In this document: positions 35,228-49,500 of the stretch, one piece after another | Position numbering within the stretch: the stretch's first letter is position 1 | Layout of the letters: each line of letters begins with the position of its first letter | NCBI RefSeq assembly: GCF_964355755.1 | Contig: NC_092671.1 | Coordinates: forward strand, 19,964,001-20,028,000 | Source: Antedon mediterranea | Taxonomy: Eukaryota; Animalia; Echinodermata | DNA: 64,000 nucleotides | Reading direction: 5' to 3' | Notes under the pieces: model-generated | Told to the model about the DNA's origin: nothing | Database searches by the model: none | The model's input: the letters and a program-made list of their open reading frames with translations, nothing else | Translations under genes and position numbers: made by a program

Positions 35228-38200
35228 ATGGCTGAGGAAAAGAAGGCGAGTAAACGAAGAAGAAGAAATACCAAAGGTAACTTGACCAGGACCTTGAAGG
35301 GTATAAGAAATATATTAGTCGAAGAAAATTATGACGAAAAGGAAGTCACTGATAAGCTAAAAGAAAGCAGATGAGATATTTTCCGCAATCGAAGAAGCCC
35401 ATGCCGTACTTGTGTCTTTGATAGAGGATGAGCACGAGTTTTCTGAAGAAGAGAAATGGATGGGTCAATGTCAAGAAGAGTTCATGTCGGAGATGCTAGC
35501 AGTTAAATGTAGAATTAAGGAGATCAAAGGTAAAATAGAAATTAATGAAGACGTTAAGATAACTAATGATGCAGTTGTAGATAATACGGATAATGTGAGT
35601 AACGTAGATACACGTAATGAAGGTAACATGAATGTAGTAACTAATGCAAGTAACACATTTATAAATGATAGACAAATCGAAGGAATATTTAAAGCTATGT
35701 CTATTCCCAAATCAGTGACACGTTATTTTGATGGGAACCCCTTACAGTACCATTCATTTATGACGACCTTTAAAGAACTAGTTTCAGGAATAACCGATGA
35801 TGGTGTCAAATTAAATACTCTTTTACATTTCTGTAAAGGCAATGCATTAGAAGCCATTCAATGTTGTGTTATGAAAGAGACAACAGAGGGATATTGTATG
35901 GCATTGAAACCCCTTAAAGAAAGATATGGTAATACCGGTATAATTGTTCAAGCCTGGGTTGACAAGATCCTAAAAAACCAAAGGTAGATGTTAATGACCT
36001 TAGAGTATTTTCCGATGATCTTGAGAATTGCTATGAAGCGCTAAGTGCCTTGGGATTTGTTGAAGATTTAAGTAACCAGAGAAGTTTAAAGTTAATTATT
36101 GAAAGACTTCCGAAGTTCATACAAATATGGGTGGGCTCGAGAGAATTACAAAATTAATTCAAAAGAGGATGAAGCTAGTGCCAAACTGAAAGATGTTGTA
36201 GCATTCATAAAAGCAGCTACAAGTGAAGTAAATTATCCTGTATTCGGGAGTTGCCAGTGGTAGTACTTCGGCAAAGCGGATACGGATATATCAGTTTAGC
36301 GCTGAATCAAAACGAGAAAATGTGAAATGTTGGATCTGTAAATCCGATGACCATTGGCTAGACCAATGTGAGGAATTTAAAGGAAAAATCCAGACGATCG
36401 GATAATGTTAGCCAAACAAAATTATGTGTGTTTTAGCTGTTTAAAGGTAGCCGGAAGAAACCATAGAATGGCAAACTGCACAAGAAAAAGGCAGTGTCCA
36501 GAAATAGTTTATGGCAAACAATGTGAGCAGAATCACCATAAACTACTGTACGATGCAAAATTGAAAGCGAAAGACAATTTAGTATGTGTGGCTACTGGCT
36601 CAGCAAAAGAAGCAATGCTTCCAGTTTTACAAGCAGAGGTGTTAGAAGAAACGAGAAATTGCAAATGTCTTATTAGGAATGGGAATTGACATTGCGTCAT
36701 GTCAATTTAACAGAACCCAAGAAAGTGCAAACGAACATATAGAACACAGATTGATAGAGGATTCATGTTCAAAGGTTGGAAACCAGTGGATGGTGCCTAA
36801 CCCCTGGATGAAGGACCCTGGTAATCTTAAAGATAACCGAGTACAAGCTGAGAAAATGTTGAAAGGATTAGAAAGAAAACTCAGCAAAAGTGAAAATTAT
36901 GCAAGTGCGTATAAGCAACAAATGAAAGAGATGGTTCAATTGGGCTTCTCAAGAAAATTATCTGACATTGAAGTAAAAAACTACAGAGTTCATTATATCC
37001 CATACCATGCGGTCTTACGTCCAGAAAATCGAAGCACCCCTGTGAGGATTGTCTTTAATTCCTCAAATGTATATAATAGATAGTCAATAATTGATTATTG
37101 GATAAAGGGCCCAGACTTATTGAACAGTTTGCAGGGAGTGATGTTGCGGTTCCGAGAAAACAAAGTTGCCGTTGTTAGTGATATCTCTAAAAAATGTATC
37201 ATCGCGTGCTAATCCCAGAAATCGACAAACATGTGCTTTCTGTGTTTATAAAAGTAAAGTTAAACATAGACTAGGACTTTAAAAAAAATGTCCATGGTTA
37301 ATGTTCACTGCGGAGTTAGAAGGTATAATAAATTGTGAGTTTTTAATAAATAAAGAAAAGGCCAAAAAAATGTGGTCAGATATGTGTATGGACCGTAACA
37401 ATTTAGCAAGGTATAAAATTAACGTTTATAAAATTGATATTTAGGTAAAGTAAAATATAACTTCTTTTTTTTTATTGCCTGAAAGAGATAAAAAGAGTTA
37501 TAAAATATTGAATTCTGTGTAAATTATACGTACATTGTTAAGGATTGAAAAACGTGTAACGAGTGTATAACATAGAGGAAAATATTTTTTTTTTTCTTTC
37601 CTTATACTATTATATATAAAATGCAATGGTAGGAGTGAGATATCAGATGTACTGAAAGTTATTTAATGTCAATTATATTGCATTGTATCATTACATTACT
37701 CATGTGCAATGCATTGTAAACGAACATTTTATTGATGAAGAAATAAAAGTGGGTCGATCCTACATAAGACAAAAAAACCCATTTGCATAGATATTTATGG
37801 AGAGACATGGAGGTTAAGAGAAATCCTGACGTTTATGTTAAGACAGTATTGACATTCGGAGATAAGCCGGCGCCAGCTATGGCCCAAACAGCTTTGAAGT
37901 TAACAGCGAAACAAAATGAAGACAGATATCCAAGAGCAGCAATGGTATTAAAGAATGATGTTTACATGGATGATATATGTACCTCAAAACCAGAGTTTCT
38001 TAAGTTGAATATTAATGACTGGCCCAATGAGAAAATCAGAAGAAGATGATGAAGCAAAACTATGCATGAACATCCAAATCGCTGATGCTTCTAATGTTAA
38101 GCTAGATGGATTAGAAACATGGGAGATCCTGCTCGAAGAGTACAGAAAGCATCTTTATGGACTTGAGTCTGAAGCATTAAATGTTGAGAAATTAAGAGAG

Positions 38201-38990
38201 CTTGAATTGATCTTACTAAGAAGGGTTCAACAAGAATGTTTTGGAGACGAATTGAAAGCATTACAGAGAGGAAAAGAAGTATAATAAAACAGTAACTTGA
38301 TCTTACTAGATCCCAAGTATGATGTAGGTACCAAGCTTATCAGAGTAGGTGGGAAACTAAGAAAGAGTAGTGGTAACTTGGAACTTGATGTTCCCCAGTT
38401 CTGCTAGAACCCAACCATAACATTACAAAACTGTTCCGAAGATGGCAGATGTCCCAGAAGCAAGATTAAGAATTGGAAAAACCTCTTTTTTCTCTACAGG
38501 AATAGACTGCTTTGGACCAATGCTAATAAAAATTAAACGATCACAAGAAAAAAGATGGGGAGTGATTTTTAAATGCCTAACAAGGCGATTAGAAATAGTT
38601 AGTGGAATGGACACTTTTTTGTTAGCGTTGAGAAGATTCATTGTAAGACGTGGAACTCCAAAAGAAATCCTTGCGGATTGCGGAACTAATTTCAAAGGTG
38701 CCGAGAGAGAGCTGAATGAAGCGTTTAATAATATGGGAGTTGAACTGCGAGAACGGCTTGCTAAACAACCGATTGAATTTAAATTCAATCCACCAGGTGC
38801 TCCTTAAAATACTGTCTCAAAGATAGAGTAATTAGTGAGGTATTACTTGCGACTATAATAGTAGAAGTTGAAGGGCTTTTGAATGCCAGACCTTTGGGAT
38901 ACGCATCCAGTGATGTTGCAGATCCAGATCCGATAACACCAAACTTGCTATTAATGACACGACGGGATTCTGCACTTCCAGGTGTTGCTG
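35228..38990 (+). mobile_element. decayed BEL/Pao LTR retrotransposon (gag-pol pseudogene)
   Basis: Gag FDGNPLQY...KL..L...C.G.A..AI; Zn knuckles CWICKSDDHWLDQC and CFSCLK...H..ANC; RT YIPYHAV..P...STPVRIVFN, KGPDLLNSL, FGDKPAP and YMDD; integrase GIDCFGP, DCGTNFKGA and EGLLNARPL; many stops and frameshifts; no LTR pair found. Confidence 0.92.
37237..37779 (+). mobile_element. ~540-bp insertion interrupting the BEL RT (possible 5'-truncated LINE 3' end)
   Basis: Splits D-K-H-V|H-R-Y-L-W; flanks catgtgc / catttgc (7-bp TSD, 1 mismatch); AATAAA and an A-run near the 3' end. Confidence 0.55.
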
Positions 38991-40493
38991 TAAAGCACAT
39001 TGTTAGTATTAGCATATGCGCTTTAGCCTTTCTAGCTAGGCTTAAGATTTTAACACTACAGTAGGTGTGTTTATAAAATCTCCATGAATATAATATTTAA
39101 TATGTTATTAAAAACCAAATTTTACTCTTTCAACAATGTGAATCAATGTAGGCATAGGCTTACTTTTTGTTCAATCTGAATCAAATGACAGGAATCTATT
39201 TAGATGTTATATAAAACAAATAATGAATGTTTTATATTCGTGCAATAGTACAAATAATGGCATTTCGTGAACGATGAAAGGTTTATATTTCAACTCGGCT
39301 TTGCCCGATTGTGAGTTCTCTTTAATTTTGTCAGATGTTTTACTAATACTAGGCCTATAGTATGTAATGAAACCAGCGAGCCGAACTCAGTGTATTCCGG
39401 AAATTTCGGTATTTTCAAGGCCTAGATATATCAATCTTAAAAGTAATGGAAATCGGGGGTCCACACAATCATAAACCACAAAAAAAATGAATGCATGTTG
39501 TAAAAATAACAAGGCAATATACAGTATTGCTTAGATATTTTCAATTTTTATTCCTCATAAAATAACGTAAATTATTTATAAATATATTAAAAATTATAAT
39601 ACAAACACTATTTTACATTATACATACTGTACATATTTTGAAGTATTAGGCCTATGCTGTACAAAACGTTATTAATAAAATATAAAGAAATATAACAGTC
39701 TCAATGGTTATCTTGTCTACGTCGATCCACGTTATGATCTGAGCGCATATTCTAGTTGTTGTAGTGGGTTTTTTTTTTCAAACTCTACCATTACTAATAT
39801 TAAATCAAGGTGACAAAACATATATCAGTTATTCTACATTTCACTATCAGCTTTAAATGAATTATTGTTATTCCTGTACGATGTATATATTTGTAGACTT
39901 ACAGTTAAGAAATTGAACGGAATAATTTTATAAACCATGATATTTCAAACGCGAATAGGCCTAATAATAATAAATAAACCACATAACATAAAACTCCTGT
40001 ATGTTTTCTAAAATACTATTTTATTTTTTTTAGTAGTTAGCGCCTATACGATTGCAATTAGATAGATTACTAACTATTATAGAATTGTTCACATAGCATG
40101 TCATGGGTTATTTCAGGCATAAATACGTTATCTTTATAATTAATATTTATTAAGTCATCATTAACTTTGAAAATTACCATAATTATACAGCATTTTGTAA
40201 CCTCTCTTGAGTGTGAGGTATATTGCCTCCCTACTTTCATTCGATAAGTACGGTATAATTTAATCATGCGAGCTTTTACGTCGCGTCAATTTGAAGGGTG
40301 AACTCTAGTTCTTCAAAATGTCATTGTTCAATATTCATAAGCAGTATAAAATAAGAAATGTGTTGTTTGATACACTACTAAGATAACACATGCAATATAT
40401 TTACGGATTATCGGTAAGCGTGTCATGTCGGAAGGGAGGATTACTGCCATGTTTTTCAAGATTACAGGATTCATCTTGTGTGCAGAAAACCTG

Positions 40494-40563
40494 CTATACT
40501 GGTGATGTTTCTTCCGACCTAGGTTCATCTTGCCTCTCAACAGTCACATACCTTTTATTCCTC
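40494..40563 (-). CDS. Gene B exon 11: cytoplasmic tail and stop
   Basis: Strong acceptor tttcttatccacag|; reads (R)RNKRYVTVERQDEPRSEETSPV*. Confidence 0.75.
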
Positions 40564-43500
40564 CTGTGGATAAGAAACAAAAAGTAGACATAATAAAAAG
40601 ATGTGAAACTGGGGATGGTACACAATTAAAATCACGTATACATTTTAAATATATAGTCCCCATGAAAATAAATATATATAATATGCCATTTTAATGTCGC
40701 ATAACGATGATTTATAGATATTCATTTAAACCAAAAATTGGATCACACCAACATTGTGGTGGTGCCACGTAAAGGGCTATCTCACCCCGCGAGTATTTTC
40801 TGTTGGGGAATATAATCATGTAACATATCTAATCTAAATTAAATTAAATGTATGTCTTACTGTACAACGCGTAAGTAACGGGCCAGGACCTCGTGCGATG
40901 TGTTTTGAAAATAGCTAGGTGGGCTTTTGTAAGTGATTTTTGAATCAAATTTTTCTTGAATAAACAAAATATAATAGATCCTTAAATCAAGCTCTTTCAC
41001 TGTGTATAACCGATTAAAGTGGTCTCAAAATACGTCAAACCACCCCCCCCCCCCCCCCCCACCACCCCCTCCCCTTTTCTAAAAGGTCCGGCCCACGGCT
41101 ATACGATAATATTATTTTGAACTTTATTATGTCACAGCATTAAAAAATAATTCCCAGTTGTACGTCTTAGAAAGCGATCTCAGTGGTTTTCCTTTTCGGT
41201 TCACACCATCCAAGTTCAAATGAAAGAATGAATGAATGTCACATATTTTTTTTTAAACAACGGTTTTAATTTGTAAAATGTGCCATAACAAAATATCGAT
41301 TAAAACGGCCTCATTTCGGGAATATCGCTGATACAAAGTGCTGTAGTAAACGAACGTGTCGCATAATAAATATCTCACCTCCACCGTACGAGAATCAGGA
41401 GTATTATTACTGCCTGGAACACAATAATCCCTAAAATCATTCCTTCCAAAAGATTTTTGTCGGAAGATACCTGCAAAATATAAATCAACGTGTACAGTCT
41501 ATGAATGATCCATATTAACATATATTAAAATGTACGTATCAATGCATCGTGTTAATTATAACATGAACTCTGAGAGTCAAAAGAGAGAAAGTTACTTAAT
41601 TTAACAGTTAATAAATAAAATGTATTGTATGTGGAAAAGCTACAATTTTTAATCACCTATAGTAATAAAAATGTTGGAAACATAAAATATTAACATTACA
41701 TTCGTAAAATTACGCCGTACTAATTCATACGAAGAACAGCCTTACCTCCGTATTCGTATTAGCGCTCCCGTTCTCGTCGTCTTCGGCTATTGTATTTGGA
41801 CTCATAAGTTTGGCTCGTTCACCTTCAGGTATTGAGTTTATTATTTTATCGGCATCACTTTCCGCTATCATTGTGTTGTTTATGTAGATCACAAATACCA
41901 CTTGAGTAAGATCGTCACTAGGAATACGAGATCAATATTAGTTATAAGTGATAAACTTTGTCACGACGAATTTTTGCATGATGTTAACGTGGAATATTGT
42001 TTATTTTTAGTCGCGTGGACGCGACTCTATAGTTCACTATGTCAGTCGGTCGGTCTGTCGGTCCGGTATGACTATGCGTTTTAGCACGCAACTTATGGCT
42101 GTTGGCCTTGTTTATTTATATATTCGTTAAAACCTGAAATAGGCCTACCATGAAAAAATAACTTATTTCACCATGGCCCTATTATAATTTATATTGACGT
42201 TAGAATATATGGCCCATTAACTGATAATATTTAATAATGCATAAATTGATGATGTCTGTATGTTAAAGTGTAATTCCCAGAGAGGCTTAACATAATTAAT
42301 ATTCACACTTCACATTACAGTAGTGTCTCGTGAGAGGTAATTACATTGAGTGTTTATTATACTCTCAATATGAAAGTAACCAAGTGTACTATTATTATAA
42401 TTTTGTCGTGGAAACAAATGAATGGCATACGGTACTATCTAAAAACGATATTGTGCTTGTTAATTCCGATGTTTTGTATTTAAATACTTAATCCATTTTA
42501 TTTGTGTACAATATGTTTATGGTATCAATACCATTGAAGGGTTTTAAAGAAAATGCATACTCACTGTTGATTCTGGTTTGCTGGGACAAATGTCTGAACG
42601 AATACATCTTCTGTTCCTGGAATGTGTTCTTTGATCAAGTTTGAAAACTTCGTTTCTAATTCTGTCAGATCTAACTTATTTGTATCTTTAACCGAGATCT
42701 CAATTCCACTTTCCATAGAATCTGAAGAACAAGAAAAAAAAATGATTTACATATGTTTACACGTACATGACATGGTCACGCAAGCCAAAACAGTATAAAA
42801 CTACATTCACTTAATTTCACGGAAAGAAATACGGCGCTATTCAGTATTATTCGTGATTTTCCATTATTTTAACAAAACAGCGTAACACGAAAAAGGCGTG
42901 AATTTAGCTTTATTTAGTGAAATCACCGAACTCACCTAGTTCACATCGTTCTCCTACAAACGGATCTTGACATATGCACGTAAACGTACCAACGTCATCG
43001 ACGCACGTCCCACCGTTCAAACATGGAGAACTTGAGCATTTCCTAATGTTATATTCGCAATACTGTCCTTCAAAGCCTTCATGACAAACGCACTTGTGAC
43101 TGTTGATTTCATCTATGCATATACCAGCGTTCATACAGGGTGAACTATCACACTCATCAACGTCGATTTCACATAGTTCTCCTTCAAATCCAGCGATGCA
43201 CTCACAATTAAATTGATCAATACTATGGGTACACATACCGTTATTCAAACAGGGGTTACTCGTACACTCATCAGCGTCGTGTTCGCAAAGCTTACCATAT
43301 CTTCCTGAAGGACATTGACATTTAAACAAAGGTTGCAGGTTAATGCAATTTCCTCCATTTTGACATGGAGACGTGTCACATTCATCAATATCTTGATCAC
43401 AGTCATCACCTATAATAATATACAATATACGGTAACAATCATACCTTTCAAAACAATATACCGGGGTAAAATTGTAGCAAATTACATAAATAAAAGTTGT

Positions 43501-46500
43501 AAAAAATATACCAATAACTTTTATAAGAACGCATTTCATGAACATGTGTTGTTATTGTTTGAAATACTATCTTTTTATAAGACAATAATTTTCCCATTTC
43601 TTGTGTCCCGATTTTAAACGTTTAAACGATACAGCAATTATAGCCTAATAGTAACCTGTACCATGGAGTAATATTCCATGCCTAGACTAATAGGCTAATA
43701 ATATAGTTTCCATGACTTATATTTTTTTTTCATTTTGTTCTTAATTTCTTGAAAATTCCAACCCGAATTCTTATTTATTGATAAAGTGGAGCTTACCAAT
43801 CCCGTTTTCCAACAACAACAACAGAGAACAGCGCGTTAAAAACCTCTTCCATGTACAATATATTATATATAATTTGTTATGATTACAATGTCTGAGCATA
43901 GTATTTACCCACTGAACTTTTACTGCTGGGTTAACAGACTAAAAATACGGTTGATTTAAAAGTAGGTTTTCAACTTAATTAGGTAGGCTTCCAGCACAGA
44001 TTAACTATACTCAGAACAGATTTTAAAAACGACCAACATTCCAACATAATCTGAAAGTGGGCTTACTGAAGATTTACTAATCGGCTTAAAGTCTCGATTG
44101 AATTAGCTTTAAGTTAATTCATGAGAGGTTGCAGGATTTCAACTTCAGCGTATTTTAAAAGGCATGATACAAAAGAAGGCATGAATGAGAGTTATGTAAT
44201 GAAAGAGCCTACACAATAAACCACAGAGAGACACACAGATAAGCCTAAAGCTCACTTGACTTATAGAAAGTCAGATTCAATACATGTCATTATGGATGCA
44301 TATTATTCTTAAGTAATTTTCCTTCAGGTTTTTTTTTTCGAGGTAAGCATCTAAATTAATTTACTAAACGAGTGCGTTTCACAACAATGATAAATTTGTG
44401 TAGAGTGAGATTAATCTTCGTGTGACGAGACGATTTTTTTGGTTGATTTAGGAAAACCCAAGAATGACGATTAGTTTAAACAATACTTATGTTAAATTTT
44501 AAGTTCAATCACTTTTATGGATATTTTCACGGTTGAAAATAACGTAGCTCTCATGTAACTGTACCGTACTGTTTTAATAGCAGTAAAACATGAAATCAAA
44601 CGATATTCGTACTTTATTAATACTTAGTAGGAACAAATATCTCCTTGAATAGAAAACCCTAATTAAGGAAAAGAGAATACTGTTTTACTATACAAATAAT
44701 AAAATGTTTGAATGAATGGGGATCGGAATATGTTCATTGAAAGGCTCATTCAACGAGACGGAGCCGAGTTGAATTGAACAGTCAGACTTTTGACGAATTA
44801 CATATTATCTCTTACTCAAAGAACAATTGACTCATTATTGTTTTATAATAGGCATGTTGGCCTGAAGTAAACTTGTATTCAATTAATCCGCCATTTACAG
44901 TACACCTTAAAAAATGTTGATTGTCAAAGGCTTACAACTGCCGTGCATTATCAAATATTCACGTCGTACACACATCTGAATCTATACATAAATTTACGTA
45001 AGTCGTAAGAACAAAATTCGGTAAATCTGGCGTTACTGTCTAATGGAGGATGTCAATGCTGAAAAATACCCGCACACAATAATACAGGGATGCATTTACC
45101 TCCTTCTACAAAAACTTTTTTAATAGCTTATAAACCGGTCAAACAGCTCGAATAACATGCATACAGCATCATAATGTTCAAATTTCATAACAAAATACTA
45201 TTTTAATAGATTTAATATACGTTTATATGTACGCCTATTGAAACGCAAATTTCTTACTGTGAGTGTGGGTACTGGTATTATATATAAACACATTATTATT
45301 ACTGACAATTGCTTCTCAACGTTTGTATTGATTAATAATAATAATTATTAATATTAATAATTTAATAATTTTACAATTCCCTGGTGTAATTAACTCACGC
45401 TGTGATACAGTAAATACATTAAATGAATGTGCAACGGAATTTGAGAAACCAATGGTTCTATTGTAATAAGTTAACCCGATATTGATGAACAATGTGCATG
45501 CATTAGTACTTGATCCGATACTAAAAATACGAAACATAAAAGAAGTCACAGGTAGAAATTAGCTTTAAAAAGTCTATGTAAATACGGACTGATTTAAGCC
45601 GATACATTTTACGGTTTTATACTTCGCAATAAGCTACATCATTGTGGTATACATCATTGTAGTAAGGAGCTACATCTTTGTAGAAGGATCTGCATCATCG
45701 TGTGGCATGAGCTACATGATTGTAGGTATGAGCTAGGTCTATACCATTTTAAAAGGATCTACACCGTCCATTGTATTTAAAAAAAATTTAAACGTGCAGG
45801 ATAACATAATTTAGAAAATAAATAAGATGTTTAGTTTATAATAATACGATCCTGTTCACAGAACAGTACAATTGGTCGTTATCGAATTTCTGAATTTTCA
45901 TATAAAAGATGTATAAACATTGACTAACCTGAGTATCCCGGAAAACATTCACATGTATATGTGTTTAATGCAGATGTACAATTTCCATATTTACAGTTTC
46001 CTAGTTTACATGGATCCAGACGAACTTCACATCGGTCTCCTGTAAACATTAAAGAGTGTACCATAAAGGATGTGCCAACGGAAATTCAATCACGTGAACA
46101 TATGGCAAAATCGTTATTTCATTCAAAATTTCAGCTTCAATCATTGATCATTCTAGCATGAAGACTATGAAAGGCTTTTGAAAAAGATCAACAAAAATTA
46201 ATCATACAATTCTTGTATCAAAAGAAGTATTTGAAGGCCCACCTTTTATCTAAAACAATTTTCCTAGGCTTTATAATTCTACAATTGGTCATTGTCGAGA
46301 TTAAGGCTATTTATGGTAGCGGTCAAGTTTTGCCAGAGGGTTTTTCTACAAGTTCAAGAGGCCACACATAGGCTTTGTCTCAAATTGACAAGAATACTTC
46401 AATTGGTAATGTTTTATTGGTGTTTTTTAAAATAAATAAATTAAAAATCAAAATGGCCATGTCATGGACCCCAAATCATTATTATTATAAATATTATTAT

Positions 46501-49500
46501 TAATATTAAATTACTGAATTTTACCTGTAAAACCACTTGCACAATGACATTTGACACGTTTCCCAGTCTCGATACATTTTCCTTTATTGAAGCAAGTATT
46601 TGAGTGACATTCTGTATCTCTCTGTGAACATCCAGGTCCAGTAAAACCAACTTCGCAATATAACCTAACTTTTATTGTAGTTCTGTAAAATTTAACAAAA
46701 ATCACAATCTGTCATCAGAAATAAATTCTTGCAGCATCATTTGTAGAGACACAAATCAAGGGAACATGTTTTGTAAACATGAATCACTACTACAAGCGAC
46801 CAAGACATTTTACAAGAAAATTGCGTTTTAATATACGAGTCTCGCCACTAATCAAAATAGCATCTAGAAAAGTACGTATTGTATGATTAACCCTCAACCC
46901 TACATAAAGTTATAAAGCGATTCTAGTACGATGTCTGGTCTATAAACAGGGGAATGTTTCATATCAGCGGCGGTAACGTCAAACGCCGGTAAATAAAGCA
47001 ATCTATAACACAAGAATGCCACTGAGAAATGTTATGAGACAATATACGAACAATTTTCATGACATTATCTCATTTTTACAGGAAAAATGTTCTGACCCAA
47101 TTTTCAATACAGCAAACTAGCTGGGGAGTTTGGCCCAGCTCATAAAAATACATCGCGAGAGAAAACCAGAGAGAACTCGATGGAATAAACATTGTACAGA
47201 CAAAACACAATGAAATTATTAAATTTTATGATAATTGTCCAGTATAACAAGTGTTGCAATGACGGGGAATGTTTATAAAGGGCTACTGAGATGAAATGAA
47301 TAAAGTTAGGAGTTAAGCCTATCCTTGTCAAGGCCAGTGCATATTTAGGTCGTGTTTATACAACACCCTAAATTTGAACACGGCTTTAATTTTTAGCGTG
47401 TTGTTCGGACCGAGGTCAACCCACCTTAACGTTTGCTGTTATACTAGAAATCACGATACCGTGTTATACCGGAAGTTTCATCAACACGCAGTGACTGCGT
47501 GTTGATGAAACTTCCGGTGAGTGCATGCTAGGATAAAAGGTCAAATCGTTGATCGCGCTTGAATTGGCTGAGTTGTCAACAATCATCGTCGCCTCCTCGC
47601 TGTCCGATGTATTCGCGCGGTTTTTACCATTTTCATTATATTGTATTCGTTCACGTTTGCATTGTTGTTTATTTTGTTCTCGGTTCATTTAAATTAATAA
47701 CAGTTATTTTAAGGGTTTCATTGTTTCATCTATACACTATGGAAGAAGATGCCATTTTTGCGATGTTATTTTTTTTTATTCTGTTTGGAGTGGGAAACGA
47801 TAGAGGCCTACTACCACTACGAGTTGGCCCCACTAGGCTAGGCGTAAGACGTGGTAGGAGGATGATTGCTGGCAGCGAAGCAGCAATAAATGGGCCCAAT
47901 CTTGTTAGCAATGATTGATATTACGACCTGTTTTAACGAGAGGTCAAAATATACCCTGAGGACACTTCCAACACGGTAACGGCGACCGGGAATCCACCAA
48001 ATTTTAGGATTCAGCCAAGTAGCCTTTTTTGCAATTAAAATCTCATTACACGGAATCTCTTTGTTGTTATACAACACACTTTTCGTAGGCGTGTAGAATA
48101 TGCGTGTAATAGCGTGTTGTATAAACGCGCCCTTAGAATCATCGGTAGAGGTATCATAATATACCGAACAGGAAATGCCAAGAAGCTCATGGATATTAAT
48201 GACCTCCATAGAAATTTCCTAACCACTGAAAAAAGGTTTTACCCGGAAACAAGACAAATTATCAAATTATCTTTTTTTTAATCAGGTTATATTTATTGCA
48301 AAATTTTTCTTTGAGAAGTTATTTTCCCTTAATCAACATTAGTTGACAAGGTGATACAATGTTAGAAATGTCATTATTGGCTCCAACCTTTAAGTGTTAT
48401 TAATTTTATGAGACCTTGACTTATTAACGAAGTTTAAGGTCATTATACATATTAAACATCAGGTACAATCGTTATAAATCAACGCACACCAATAATATGT
48501 ACATTTTGTAAGTGCCATGCGAATTGCGTTGATCCATGAGCATATTAATGTATAACCCTTAGGAGATGACAACAGTTGAGGTGATTGAAGCTGTAAGAAA
48601 ATACTACCTGCTAATTCGGGTATAAATGCCTTTCTTTCTTTTAGTTTCTACATGAGTTGTTCTTTTATGTGATTTGGCGCATACTTAGCTGTACGGCTTT
48701 AAGAATAAAATAAGATCGCATAGTCGAGAGGCTCGAATTCGGGGCAAATATTTGAACAACGCAAAGGAAGTGAAAACGAGTTGAGATAGCAAGCAGTCTG
48801 CGTGAGACGAAAATGTACATACATCGTCAATTAATTTGCATTTACCTGGTTTTTCCGTTACTGTTTTGCAACACACGTACTTGTGGCTCCTCTGAATCAC
48901 TTCCAAACGTTTGAATATCACTTATGTTGGTACTGTTACGATATAAAAGATCGTCTTCTCTCTTGTCCCAATCATGAACTTCTATTGTGATTATCTTATC
49001 GGAATCTTTACTCTGTGAAAAAACAATGACGCTTTTTTTATTCTGTAAGTACACTCGAGGTAATAATATTCAGAATTACAATTAATACAGTTTTTCTGAT
49101 ACAAAAAAAAATCAAAACCCGGGTTAGCGAATCTGTAATATAAAGCTTTTGCAACCATATACCAACAATGTTTTAATAATTTTAAACAAATATGTATATA
49201 TCTGGAAAAATGTGTAAACATAGTACGCTGAAATACAACTAGTTATTACCCGGTTAACAACATTCCATGTCACCAAAAACCAATACAATTTATATCTTTA
49301 AACACTATAGTATTACTTAAATTCATGATGTTGGGTGAAACACAAGGGTGTTATTACGGTATCAACGGATGCAGTGCCTATATTGTTTCTTTTTCCTATA
49401 AAAATAACTCGGAGGTACTTTTTAATGGCTGATGCAGTGTTTTGATAAGGTTTGGAAATAGTATAGGTTATACTTACCGGCCATTCTGGGACATGTATTT

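Noticed and set aside
40328-40551. Alternative 61-nt intron in the gene B last exon giving a longer tail
   Set aside because: The acceptor lacks a pyrimidine tract and the product is not tail-like; the unspliced form gives a clean PDZ-type end.
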